Source of the DNA: Lama glama
Lineage: Eukaryota
Assembly: GCA_028534125.1 (NCBI GenBank)
Contig: CM052817.1
Location: 91,080,001 to 91,144,000, forward strand
DNA length: 64,000 bases
Direction of reading: 5' to 3'
The position numbers and the translations under genes were made by a program. Numbering within the stretch: position 1 is the stretch's first letter; the number at the start of each line of letters is the position of its first letter. Positions 12,875 through 25,689 of this stretch are shown piece by piece. The notes beneath the pieces are model-generated. The model saw nothing but the letters and a program-made list of their open reading frames with translations. It had not been told where the DNA came from and ran no database searches.

Positions 12875-14175
12875 TTTACTCATTCAGTGACTGTCTGTTG
12901 AATGTCTACTCTGTAGCAAACACTGTGTTCAGCATTAGAAAAATAAAAAGAGTGTTTATTCTCAAGACATGAACAGATACAGAGTTTAAAACAAAGGAAA
13001 GAGCAGCATTGTAAAGTCACATATACTTGAAGTTGAAACCATATTCACCACTTATTAGGTTATAAATTTAGGGAAACTAATCAGTCTGAGCTTCAGTTTC
13101 ATCATCTATATAACTGGTCAAATAGTATCTGCCTAGTGGGCAGATTTGAAGAATCAAATACAAATACGTAAAGAAACTAACATAGTGCCTGACTATTGGA
13201 GTCACTCAATAAATGGTATTTGTTTCATAGTGGAAAGGCAGGGATGAAAAATCATCTTATAACAGTGAGGGGAAGTGAGTTAGAGAAGTTCTCACAGATG
13301 ACAAAGTCCCCGGACTGAGACTTAAAAATGAACAGTATTTTAAAAAGAAAGAAAGAAAAAATTCTTAAATTTAAAAAGCACACCAGGGGTAAATTAGATA
13401 AACAAAAATAATTATAACCCTCACCTCCAAAAAATGAATAGTAGTTACTGAGTGGGCATGTCCTGAGAGGACATTCCTGAAAGAGGAAATGGCATGTGAA
13501 AAGGTACAGAGACTTCAAAAGGACTGGCATCTTCTAAGACTTGCAGGTAATTCAGTATTGCTAGATCATGAGCTCAAGGCAGAGAGTCCAGGAGATGAAA
13601 GTGGTCAGAGAGGCAGAAGCCAAATTATAAAGAGCCTGGAATGTCACAGGAAGGGGCACAGCCCATCCCACAGGCAATGAGGAGTCACTGTTGAGTAGGA
13701 AAGTGACATGATTTGGCTCTCTATGTTGGAAGCCTCTCCATGGTGTGGACAGAGAGGGGCAGGATGAGCATTAAGAAGGCTATTGAAAAATCCAGGTGAA
13801 AGAAGGTGATAAAGAAGATGAGATGACTCTTGAAGATATTTAGGAGTTGGTCCCAACAGAATTAATTTTAATTGGATTTTGGAGGAGGGTAAAGATAAGC
13901 AACAGGTCTGGGTTGCTTCTCCTCCTTTTCTTGCTGGAAGGTGATGTATTTCTTGAGACTAAGAATGCAGAAGAAAGCAGGTTTGGAGCAAAGATGAGAT
14001 ATCCTATTTGGACATGATGAATTCAAGGTGCCTGTGGAACATGCAAGTAGAGATTTGGACACATGGAGATTGGAGAACTAAGCTGGCCATTAATGTAAAC
14101 CTGAAAGTCACTGACATGGATGGAGGCTGATGGAAGTAGCCATGAAAGTAGACTCACCCAGGAAAAAGGACAAAA
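12875..14175 (-). mobile_element. LINE-2 fragment (interrupted)
   Basis: actcattcag...gttgaatgtctactctgtagcaaacactgtg; caatgaggagtcactg; tttggacatgatgaattcaaggtgcctgtggaacatgcaagtagagat. Confidence 0.75.
13005..13222 (+). mobile_element. MIR SINE nested in L2
   Basis: tctgagcttcagtttcatcatctataaa-like core; end catagtgcctgac...cactcaataaatggtatt. Confidence 0.8.
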
Positions 14176-15419
14176 GAAGAGGTGGTCCTCTGGTCAAGCC
14201 ATTCTTATCTTGCCTTGATAATTGAGCTGTTCAAGGAGAAAACACTCAAGTCCTTTAGGGCAAAAAGATAGACCTCAGAAGGAGAGTATGCTTAGGTAAG
14301 CCCAAGGTCAAAGAAATCCATTTTCTGGCACACCTTTTCTCTACATGGTGTAAGTTTCATTTGTCTGAAAATAACGAGAGGGAGCTCATGGAGAGAAGCT
14401 CTTGGATGTTGAGGGACTACATACAATATGACAATTATAAACATACTGTGTCTAGAAAAGCACTTCATTTACAAAGCAGATTTGACAGCTCAAGTTGCTT
14501 CTTGGCAGAGCAGCCCTGCCTGGCCCCTGCGCGACCCGGTGCGCTTCGATTACAGCTTTGATGCTAGCTCTACCACAGAGACCCCCTAAAAGGGGAGTGA
14601 TAGATGAGGTCCTGTCAGGCTGCATTCCCTGGGTGGCCCTGAATCTCTGCTGTTATCTGTTACCCTGCCAGTCCTGACAGTGATGAACACAAGGCAGGCA
14701 GCTAACGACACCCCGATTCATTACCCAAAAAGAAGGGAGAGCGAAAATAAAGGGAAGGTGACTGCCGTGTGGAAGCTTCACTCACATCAGTGCCATCTTC
14801 CTCCTACCGGTCTGAGGAGTGAAGAAATGATGGAGCCCATTTGTCTCAAACAGGGGCTCTAATGATACTCAGGACAGAACAAGTCACGGCGAAACTTGCC
14901 CAGGAAACTGTACACTGGCCTCTTCGTGGTAAAGCTTTTCACAAGCCTTACAAACATAAGAAAAAATATTTAGGTAGCCTGATTTTTTTTGTCAGTCCAC
15001 TCTTATGCCAGAAAAACAAAAAATTCAAAAACACATAAAACCATCCATCTCTACTACTTGCCCAGGCTAAATTGTTACTCATTCTAGGAGAGTACACACT
15101 TTCTCTCTGTAAGATTATTTTAAGCCTGGGACTCTGCAATAGCAAATATTTTAGGCAGGCCTAACCACGGCTTCCCATAATAGACATTTATATCTTCAAG
15201 TGGTATCTGGTTCCTCCCTAAGCAATATTTCATCAAGATGTTTGTTTCAACTGTTTTTTTTTACTGAACTGATGGAAAATGCTTTTACTTTATTGTCTCC
15301 TTGTTCTTATTAATAGAACTTCTTGTGATACCTGAAGACATGGTTATATATTCAATACATACATCTTAAATGTAATGCCCAAAGAAGGCAAAATGTTCCA
15401 TCTGAGTTTAATCCATCTT

Positions 15420-15912
15420 AATCTAGGTTGTTAATTAGAGCACTGGTTCTATGGGACATTAAGAAGGAAGTTTTAGATAAACAACAAAGTCCTACTGTAA
15501 AGCACAGGGAACTATAGTCAATAGCTTGTAATAACCTATAATGAAAAAATATGAAAAAGATACATATATATGTATGTATAACTGAATCACTATGCTGTAC
15601 ACCAGAAACTAACAACAGTACTGTAAATCAACTATACTTCAATAAAAATAAAAAGAAAAAAGTTTTTAAAAAGAGAGGAGAAAGTTTCACTGTCAAAGAG
15701 ATTTGCAAAACCCTGGGTTTATTGCTTTACTACAGATTTCTTTCCTATAGGACTTTTTCAGACTCTTTAATATACTAATGTGCATTTTGACTCCCCCAAA
15801 AGCAAATATAATCTGTAGTATTTCTCAATCTTTTTTTCTTAGAATATTTTCATGGGATATACATCTAGACTAATGTTATACAGAACTACCCTTTGGGAAC
15901 TCTTGGTCTAGA
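15420..15912. mobile_element. hAT-Charlie-type MER DNA transposon relic (interrupted by the L1 above); subfamily uncertain
   Basis: aggactttttcagactctttaatatactaatgtgcattttgactc...ctttgggaactcttggtctaga; related sequence at about 28810-28985. Confidence 0.55.
15474..15655 (+). mobile_element. Short L1 3' end
   Basis: tagataaacaacaaagtcctactgtaaagcacagggaactat...caactatacttcaataaaaataaaaa. Degenerate TSD aagaaggaagtttt / aagaaaaaagtttt. Confidence 0.92.
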
Positions 15913-18369
15913 CTTGCCCACAAATTCCATCTTCTTACTCACTTATCCAGTCAACAAAATCAAATGATTGTCAAGCTCTGTTCTAAGTTTTCAGCAGAGA
16001 GAGATAGTCTGAGGGTAGAATAAACGCTGAAATGACATGGATCCTGCCCCCTAAGGAACACATACATCTTAGAGCCCTACACCCTAACCTTGTACGCTCT
16101 GCCCTATACCCTTACCTTCCCTGTCGAAAAGAAAGTAGTGTGGGTTAAAGAAGATACTGAAGCAAAGAGAAAGGCAATAATCTTAAATCTGGTACATAGG
16201 CGATGGGAATGATTAATACGTGGGTTTTATCCTTGCTCTTCGATAAAGATCAAATTGTCTTTCTAAGAACAGTAGCAGAAACATTACCATTTCTTTTGGA
16301 GGGTGTTCCTTTTTTTTTTTTAATACAAGTATGAATGAAGTGGTCAGAGCTTCAGAATATCTAAAAACTATAGCATAGGTTAAAAAACAGAGTGTGAAAT
16401 CTGAGAACAAGCACAGAAGGATAATTCACTTCAGTACTGTATCACGTCTTACATGTTTCTTGTTAAGCACCATGTTTCTTGTAGACATGTACACATTAGC
16501 AGTATTTCTCATGTTGGCTATTTGGTTTCTTCTAATAAAATAAGCCACTAGTTACGTTCAAAATAACTTTGCTAATGACATCTGAAGTCTGGGCTTCAAT
16601 ACAAATAAAGCTTAAAAAGAGATACGAACTAATCAGTTTTGTTTATAAGGGTTTATTTGTTAATTAAGCCATGGAGCAAAAACATTTAAAACAAACCGGA
16701 ATTTTCATTATCCAAATAATTTTAAACTAGGATCAAAAGCAATGTGTAAGTTGCAAACTTGTAAAGACTAGAAATGGACTATACAGCCCCTGTGATCGTT
16801 TTCATCTTTAAAAAGCAATCAGGGTTCAAGTGGGGAAAAGCGATCATCCAAGAACCAAAGTAATATCTGGGAGAGATGAACCCATCATTGTAAATTAGAA
16901 GTAACCCATCATTCATTTTTCTACTCTCTTCTCTCTAAGAGAAAGTGGACTCTCTGGAAAAGCTTACTACATTCTTTTCCTTATGTGCTCCAGGAATTCA
17001 AAAGCCAATCAGGATGTTTTCGAAATAAAGTACAAAGAAAAACACTTCCATTTTTTACCCTTGTTCTCAGTGGCAGATTATTTGGATCCAGACCTCGTGG
17101 AATTTACCAAAAACAGGATAACAGTAATTCTGTGGTTTTTACAGAATGGGAGTTTTCCTTCCACTATTTCATGTAGAATTCTGTCTTTCCAATTTCCTAC
17201 AACCAATTGTGTGCCTTTTACTTTTCCTGCAAAGGCATTTATTTCTGTCTGACCAATCTGAAGAGTTCTGTTGCCTTGCTACCCACTGGTGACAAATATA
17301 CTCTTCCGTTTCTAAGTTCTCTGAGAGCTGGAGGACTGATGAGTGCGAAGGAAGATCTGGGATCACCAATGCAAGGGAGGAATTCATCTTATTAGCCTCT
17401 GATTCAAGTTAATCACCAGGGAGATAATATTTTAAACTCCGAAAGACTTCTTGGAAGTTTCCAGAATTTCTCCAGAGACACAGATCAATAGACCAGAATA
17501 ATCAAGAAAAGGGAAACGAGTTTGCCAAATGCCACTCACTTGGTAGGGTGTTTTACTTGAGTAAGCAAAAGACTTTTAATGGAATTATTCCAACCCAGTG
17601 AAAGAAGGAGCAAGTCAACCCTCCAGAGAAGTACCTCCAAACTGCAGCTGAAGATAAAAGAAAGGGTGACATTTTAATTCCCGTCTTCAACCCTCACCGC
17701 AGGGATCAGGTGGCACTTGCTTTTTCCATTGTTCAGTTGATGAACAGCTTTCCCATAGCACTGAGCAATCAGTGCCCTGTCCACTCAAAATAACACATGA
17801 TGATATGGGGGTCCCAGGCCCCATAATTTTACAGACGACTCCCCTCTTCTCTTTCAGCTAGAAGTAACTGAAAATGAAGTCTGCCTGATTGCTCTGAGGG
17901 CTCCTCTGGCTTCTTTGATGTTTAAATATTAGCCCCAGAACTCAAAGCTCAATCCCTATCAGCCCTGGTACCCTGAACCAGCCATAAAAATTCATATTTT
18001 TTTAAAGCAAAGCCCACGTTTTAAAAACAACAAAGGAATCACACATGGGAGGGCCTGAGTAACAAGTGAACCTCCAGCTCCCCAGAACATTTTCCCAGAT
18101 GGCTCCTTTATATCTGTTCATCGTCAAGCACACAGATGTCCCAGCTCACAGGATTTCCTCCTTCTCTCTAGATGCTCCTGACCTTGACACTGAGAGCTCT
18201 GTCTGCACCTCCAGCTCCCTCAGGGCTTGGCTCTTTCCCAATCACTTCTGCCTTCAATTTGATAAGCTCTCTCCTGTTCTCATCCTCCCTCTCCTCTCCG
18301 CTCTATCTCTTTCTCTGTTTCTCTTTATTCCTCTCCCTCTCCCTCCAGGAGCCTTTCTTCTCTGGTTAT

Positions 18370-18430
18370 GGTAGCCACTTAAGCATCCGTGGGTGCTCGA
18401 ATTTGACTTATATAGCAGGGGGCCACTGAG
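18370..18430 (-). promoter_or_regulatory. Candidate TATA-box core promoter (unverified)
   Basis: TATATAAG on the minus strand at 18414-18407 with a GC-rich flank, followed by a long purine-rich leader, in repeat-free sequence with more CpG than the background. Confidence 0.3.
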
Positions 18431-21259
18431 GCTGCCCAAGAGAAGGGAGACCCTAAGAAAATGTAAAACTCTGAGCAGGAACAAAGTATTTCTTGAACTT
18501 GAAATCAAAAGTATTTTCCTTAGCCCGTGCACATGTGCTGTGTTGTTAACGTCTATCAAAGGGGTTCATGTCTCAGGAATCACGGGAAAGTTTCCAATAC
18601 GATTGATGGCTGGTCAAAAGAACATCTACAGCGCGATAAGCCGCAGAGAGGGTGTGTGCTGAGCCGGTTCAGGACTGCCCGGCTGTGCCTTTCAAATTCC
18701 TTTCATCACAATCGGTGACTGTAAGCACTGCAGGGTGAGAACAAGCCAGGACTTTGTGGAATATTCTTAACTGCTAATATGTAATCTATACAGCCAGTGG
18801 TAGCAGCCCAAGGATAAAAGATTTGAAGAAATGGAGACACAGGACTGATTTTTTTTTTTTTCTGAAAGGCAACTTGGAAGGGAAAAAAAAAAGAGCGAGA
18901 ACAGTAAGATTTATGTTAACCCATGGGGAGTGCTCTGGAAATCTCTTTGATGAAGGATTGAGATTGCTTTGAAGCAGACTTTATTGAAGCAAAAAGTAAG
19001 TGTGGTGCCCAGGGACTCGGGTTGACTGGGTCACTGATCCGCCTTCTGGACTTTGAGTTTCCTTTTTCTCGCAGATGCTGCATGCTACCAAACTCCTAAA
19101 TGCTGCTCAACCAAAATAACCTCCCTCTGAAGAGGAGGCTTTTACTTAGCCTTAGTAATTAGTAGAAACTTGCCCAGTGGGACATATGTAAAAAGATTAG
19201 AACTCAGAAAAGAGAATACACACACACACACACACCTCAATATAACATATGAAAGGCTACTCAGAAATCTTAACCCTGTTACCCACATCCTTGCTTTCTA
19301 TGAGTTCAGATTTCAAATACAACGCTGCAAGGGAGTGGGGACCACTCAGTGAGTATCACAGGGAGGCAAAAGTGGTTAGCAGTTTCTTCTGAAAGAAGAA
19401 CAGTGGCTGGGCATATTGGCTTCAGGAACAAGAAGTAAAGATGGTCTTGGCTAGAAAGGAGAGAATAACAAACAGAGGGTTTTGAACCATCAAAGAATTT
19501 GCCTGGAACTGGGAATGTAAAAGCTTCCCGCAAACAAGAGAGACTGCCAGCTCAGGGATCGCGGGAGAATGACTTAACAGAAAACGAAAAATAATTTTTT
19601 TTAATCAAGGAGGAAGGGGAACAAGTACCAATGCATGACATAATGACTAGAAAAGGGCACATTGCTGGTGGTCAAGGAAAAGCTGAAACTCTGGATTGTC
19701 CTTTCTGTCCCAGGCTGTCAGCTATAGCTGGGCTAAGATGTTATCATAAATATTCTTTTCTATCCTTGTCAGTTGTGACCATAAAGTAGTGAGGCTGATT
19801 TTTTTTTTAACAAACTACAGTTTATACATTCATACAGTGCTGATTTTCAAAGAGATCAATACTCTGTTCTTAGATTTTAAAGCCCCTGATATCAGCACAT
19901 TGGTTTTTTTGTGTTTAGTATTTTGCCTCTGAAGCAGTTTCCAAAGGGAAGTCCCAGAAATGGTTCAAACAATTGCACATCGGCATTCGTGGTATTACTG
20001 GAGTTAGTGTTTAACCTTCCCAGGTAGCTCTTTGGAAGGACAATACTCATTTGGGGATACAAGTTCAAGAATGGCAGTCCAGAAATCAGGCACTGGTCAC
20101 AGAATGACGTTACAGGATTATTGGAGCAGGAGGAATTGGTCCTCCTCTATAGCCCTTTCCACAGAAACTGAGAAATACAGTGGTGTGGCAGACACTGGCC
20201 AATGCACAGTGGAAAGTATACAAGTAAGTGCAGCAGAGACTCACCTATTAGATCATTGGAGCTCCAAGCAGAACAAATTCACTATCCTGCCATTTGCCCT
20301 GATAAAGAAATGCAAACACGGTACATTCTCAGATGTGCAGCATACAGGTATGTTCCATGGAGAGCCGAAGACTCAACACTCATGGCCAAGGTGATAACAC
20401 CACTAATTGGCAAATGCTGAAACCCACTTACTCCCCTTAGGCTTGCCCCAAAAGAGCAAGAATACTTTAAAAGAAGACACAAAAATATTAATATCTTAAA
20501 TAAATAACTGTCTTTATACACACTATTCATCCTTTCTTTATAGAAGGAAATGATCCAGGGACATAACAATAAATGGATATATCTCCTCTATGGGAGGAGA
20601 CAGAGAAGCACCATCCCACCCAACCACCAAGAGGGTCAAATTGACAAATATCTTGTTGTTTTTACAATATCCAGGCCAGTTTCCTGTGTTATCGCAGTAT
20701 TCACCATTGTGGGAGGTCCTTAGGGATGGTGGACTTCAGTGCTATAGAATTAGAGTATTCTACTTTGGTCTATGGGAAAATACATGTAATAAACACAGAA
20801 ACTTTGGGAAAGGTTTTTTCCTAACTATTTGCCAGCTTCTATTAAACCTATTGGATACCCGAAGCTTTTCCTCAAATATGAAGGAACTGACTCAGTAAAA
20901 AATGTTGAACTGGGGCACTTGGAAGAAACCCAGAATCCAGTACAACAGGTTGACATGTCAGTAAATGTGATGAGCTCCAATGTGACATCACTTCTAAGGC
21001 ACTGAGAAGTGAGCAGGACCCGAGTAGAGGAAGTCCTTGAGGCCACCACAGGGGCTGGGGTCAGAAAATGATCACAGGTGATGTCAGACTTGAGGATAAA
21101 TCACCAAGGTCCAGGGAAAGCACCAAGGAATGGTTTGAGGAGGAAATGGTTTCTTTACCATAACTGGCTGACTTCTCTGATAAACTAAGATGATGCTTGC
21201 AGTAGTTCAGCCTAAATGAGTGTGCAAATGCCCACCAATGGGGAGAGAACAGAGGAAAT

Positions 21260-21460
21260 CACATCTGTTGAGCCTTTATTGAGCATCAGAGCCTTTACCC
21301 CACAACCCAGTGTGAGAAGAATCATTAGCTCCATTTCTGCACATGAATCAGCTGAAGACTGAGAAGGAAAGTGACTGATCTAGTCCCAGAGCTTGCAAAT
21401 GGTGGATCCAAGATTCCAACCTGATCTCTCTGGTATCAAAAGCTAGGCACTTCTCGCACC
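21260..21460 (-). mobile_element. MIR SINE
   Basis: cacaacccagtgtgag...ctccatttctgcacatgaatcagctgaagactgaga...agattccaacctgatctctctgg. Confidence 0.7.
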
Positions 21461-22834
21461 CCTAAGCCAAGCTCGTGACATCTAACAAGGTATCTTACAG
21501 TTGCTTCCTGTTTTCATGTAATCTGTACAAGGAAAATCCAATTTTACAAAATAGCCTAATTAGGGAAAAAATTCTATTTTAAAAATAATTTGCCATTGAG
21601 TTCCTCTAATAAAAAGCTCATGTGGAATATCTTAAATAAAAATAAATCATCTCTAGCATGAAGTATGGTGTAGTTGTGTAAGCCTGGGGTCATTGTTTAT
21701 GGTGCAACACAAGTTCCCCACTCCTGTCATCAATCTCCTTACCCTGCCCCCCACCAACATCACTATTAACAGCCCCCCAATAATGACAAGCATTTATGGA
21801 AGGCAGGTCCTCAGGGGAGCCACAGGACAGGCATTTAAACAGGTGAAAACAACTGAAGAGTATGAGCTTGGTAATGACAGGACAGGGTATATCTGCTCCA
21901 CTTCAAGCTCCCTTCTGCACTATTGTTTTGACTCCCCTTCCCCAGCCTCACACTAGGAAGTTATATAGCATCCATTTTTCAGTGTTGGGCACTCATTAAA
22001 TAAAACATAAACATTATACTCCATGGGGCCAGGATTGGGCTCCAAACAAAATCTAACATGTGAACAGCTCTTAAAGGCCCTTGGTTGCCATTCTGTTACC
22101 CTCAACACCAGCCTGTTTCAGAAGCCTCATAACTTGTCCTCTCCACAAGTGACTGGGATACAAAACAAGTTGTTTAGAGAAGCAGATAACAACCTCCCTT
22201 GAAAGAAACTAGTGAGGCATTTTAGAAAATAGGGTCTGTAGCAAATGCGGTCACAGGAATCACATAGCAACCTCTCAGGACTCGTTTCCTTCAGCATCGC
22301 CCTAATGATGCTGCTTCCAGTCTAAATGATGGCGAACAGCTCTCCCACACACGCTAAGGTCTATGACGCCCAGTATTTTCTCTGCATCTGATACAGGGAA
22401 AACTGAAAGGATGACAGTGCCAAAGAACATTCTCCTGGCTAATAGTAAGAATTTGAGATCACCTGGAGAGGCACATTCTATTGTAAAGACTCTTTGGGCA
22501 GGGATGAGACTGGAGAGATTGATCTGCCTTCAGGCAAAGCCTCTCCTAAACTACCCCAGATGAGACTCTGGCCTATGTTAAAGACCTCCAATGCTTCCCT
22601 TCTGCACAGGAATAGGGAGAAAAATGGAAAGGGAATTTATTTACAACCCAAATCAGCATGCATGTGAATCAACATAATTAGCCAAAGAAAACTGAATTCC
22701 ATAAGGCCAGGTAAGCTATTCTTAGATCATTCTTAATGAAAGTACTTTGCTATCTATTGCCTATTTATAGAATCTGAACTAAGGAAATCCAACCAAATTG
22801 TTTCCTTTATCAAAATTCTTCTATGGGTCTCTGT

Positions 22835-22953
22835 TTATTATTTTTTAACATTTTTTATTGATTTATAATCATTTTGCAATGTTGTGTCAAATTCCAGTGT
22901 AGAGCACAATTTTTCAGTTATACATGAACATATATATATTCATTGTCACATTT
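22835..22953 (-). mobile_element. Very short young camelid-type L1 3' end
   Basis: Reverse complement of the 3'UTR seen at 6730-6845. TSD tgggtctctgt (22824-22834) / tgggtctttgt (22954-22964). Confidence 0.9.
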
Positions 22954-23014
22954 TGGGTCTTTGTAATCTAAGGAATCTCATGTAAAGGAGAGTGAGGAGA
23001 AACCCTCTTTATGC

Positions 23015-23385
23015 ATACCAGGCACGCTTTCACTTAGGGCTTTACACTTACTGTCTCCAGACAGTCTGAGTCTCATTCCCTCACCTCCTTCAGGACTACA
23101 TGCAAATGTCACCTAGACCTTCCTTTACTACCCCATTAACTGCAACACCCCAACACACACACACACACACACACGGTACCCCTTTCACACTGTTTCCATA
23201 TAGACATCACCATCACCATCCAACATACTATGTAATCAACTATTTTTTTAGTGTCTGTCTTCCCCTATCAGAATGAAAACTCCAAGAAAGAAAATATGTT
23301 GGCCGATTTGCTCACTGTTTTGTATCCATAGTTATTAAAATAGAATAGGTGCTCATTACATAATTGGTAAGAGAACTGAATGAAC
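23015..23385 (+). mobile_element. LINE-2 3' end containing a (CA)n repeat
   Basis: ccctcacctccttcagg...aaatgtcacct...tgtctgtcttcccctatcagaatgaaaactcca...taggtgctca...tgaatgaa. Confidence 0.8.
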
Positions 23386-24004
23386 ATATAGCTTCCTGCA
23401 TGACTTTGTATAAGCTAACAGATGATTAACTTTCTCAAACAGACATAGACTAATGAATATGCACTAGCTATTCCTAGTTAGGATCTTAATTCTAGTTCTC
23501 TTTAAGAGTCTGGAATGACAGGTTTTCAGCTGTGATTCCCTGAGCCTTGGCACCCCTCTGAGATGTATCTTCTTCCCCTAAACCCCTGCTGCAGAGCCAT
23601 GAGAGGGAAGGCCAAAAAGCCTGGCATCTGGCTTCCTGGCTCCTGTTTCATCAAGCCAGCTCTTCTATTATCTGTCTTATGCACTGTGGTTTTCTGTAAG
23701 ATGCTACTGGGGAGGAAACTGTCCCATTGCTATAAACAGAAAAACTCTGGCCTGGACCATGAGACCGAAAAACAGAAAAGAACACTGGAAGAGTGTCATG
23801 GAAATGTGATATTTATAGAGCATCCATTGTATTTTCAGGTATGTTCTGGACATTGGGAATACATAGATAAGCAGAACATTGCGAAGCTCACATTTAACCA
23901 AGTTTATATACAGATGGTTATGATATGCTTGGAAATTTTAGAAAATCAAAGGAGCGTTGAGGAAGGATGTCAGGAATGTGTCCTGCTTGAGGCATCTGCT
24001 GAGT

Positions 24005-24572
24005 CTTTTTTTAACTGAAATACAGTTGACATACAGCATTATGTCAGTTTTAGGTATATTACATAGTGATTTGACATTTGCATACCTTATGAAATGATCA
24101 CCATAATAAGTCCAGTGACTGTCTCCATATACAGTTATTACAATATTATTGACTATGCTACCTCCCACTTGTTCTATGGATTGATGAGTATGCTTTTGTT
24201 TTGCTTTGTTTTGTTCTTTAGATTCCACATATAAGTGAAACCATACTGTATTTGTCTTTCTCTGTCTGACTTATTTCACTTAGCATAATACCCGCTGGAT
24301 CCATTCATATTGTTGCAAATGGCAGGGTGTCATTCTTATTTGGCTGAGTAACATTCCTTTTTCTGTGTAAACCACATCTTCTTTATCCATTCATCTAATG
24401 GACACTTAGGTTGATTCCATATCTTGGTTATCATAAATAATGCTGCAATGAGCATTGAGGTATATATAGCTTGTTGAATTAGTATTTTTGTTTTGTTTAC
24501 GTAAATACCTAGAAGTTAAATTGCTGGATCACGTGGCAGTTCTATTTTTAATTTTTTCAGGAATCTCTTTCT
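24005..24572 (-). mobile_element. 5'-truncated LINE-1 (L1MA9-like)
   Basis: tagattccacatataagtgaaacc...tctgacttatttcacttagcataatacc...ttgctggatcacgtggcagttctatttttaattttt. Confidence 0.92.
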
Positions 24573-25539
24573 GTTTTACAATCTGCTGAGTTTTAAGGAT
24601 AGTTCTTAGTAAGGCAGAACATAAGAAGACTGACCTTCACTTTGTGACTGTGAATAAGAACTTAATTTCTAGAACTTCATTTTTCCAACTATAAAAAGAA
24701 AAGCTTAAAAATTAGCTGATATGTAAAGTCCCTACAAAATTTAAGCATATATATCCAGCTTCTCCCACTTGCCATATAACCAGCTATCAGAAATCATTGG
24801 TTTCAAGTAATATTGCTGAATATCCAGTATTTTGGCCAATTCATCTGAACATTAATAATGTATTTGGCACAGCAAGATGATCCGTTGTCCCAAGGAGAGT
24901 CGTTTAAATTAATTGATGTTTTCTCCCATATATGAGAGATTTTTTTATTGCATTGTTCAGATTCAATTTCAATAAATCCATTATAACTATGCTCAATACC
25001 AGTTACGAAGTCATCTTAAAATAAGTACGAAATTACAAACTTTATTGTTCACCATTAGCATCAAGTTTGTTTTTACATTTGAGACATTCTTCCACATTTA
25101 ACATACTGAAGATGGAAGGAGAGCTCTCTCAATCTGTTAAATTTAGAACTAGGAAAAATTTCAAGACATTTTACTCCTCCAGCCTTTCAAATCATAACAT
25201 GTCAGCCAGGAATTTTTTAACTGTCATCAACTACCAAACTATCAAAATTTAACAGGTTAGCACAATGACAATGAGTGGGATTCCAAAGTATAACTTCTTG
25301 GGGTATGTCTGTGTTGAGGCTTTAGATGTCTATAAATCTCACCACATTCATTGTGCCCAAGAACTCAGTCCTCACCCAGGCAGATTGAAGAAAATGACTT
25401 AGCATCAAAGGAATCAAGCTAATAGCAATACTTGTAAACATAAATACTGAGGTGTCCTTAATTTTAAGAAAAGATAAGGAGAAAGTGAAAATATGAAAAA
25501 ATGTATTCTTAAATTATGAAATTATAAATTTAATTTAAA

Positions 25540-25640
25540 GTTCTGGCACTGATTGGTTATATGACCATGAATAAATCACTTGAGTATTTTGAGACTGTTT
25601 CCTCATTTATCAAATAAGGGTAACAATATCTACCAGAGTG
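25540..25640 (+). mobile_element. MIR fragment
   Basis: tgaccatgaataaatcacttgag...ctgtttcctcatttatcaaataaggg. Confidence 0.65.
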
Positions 25641-25689
25641 GGGAAAACCCCAAATTTTATCAACTGATGAATGGATAAAATGTGGTATA

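Noticed and set aside
17071..17123. Plus-strand exon-like segment VADYLDPDLVEFTKNRIT
   Set aside because: Good acceptor but weak donor (ACA|GTAATT), unrecognised peptide and no partner exons.
23825..23845. Recursive-splice-like ttttcAG|GTATGT
   Set aside because: Lies in a decayed L2-like segment with a short pyrimidine tract; likely chance.
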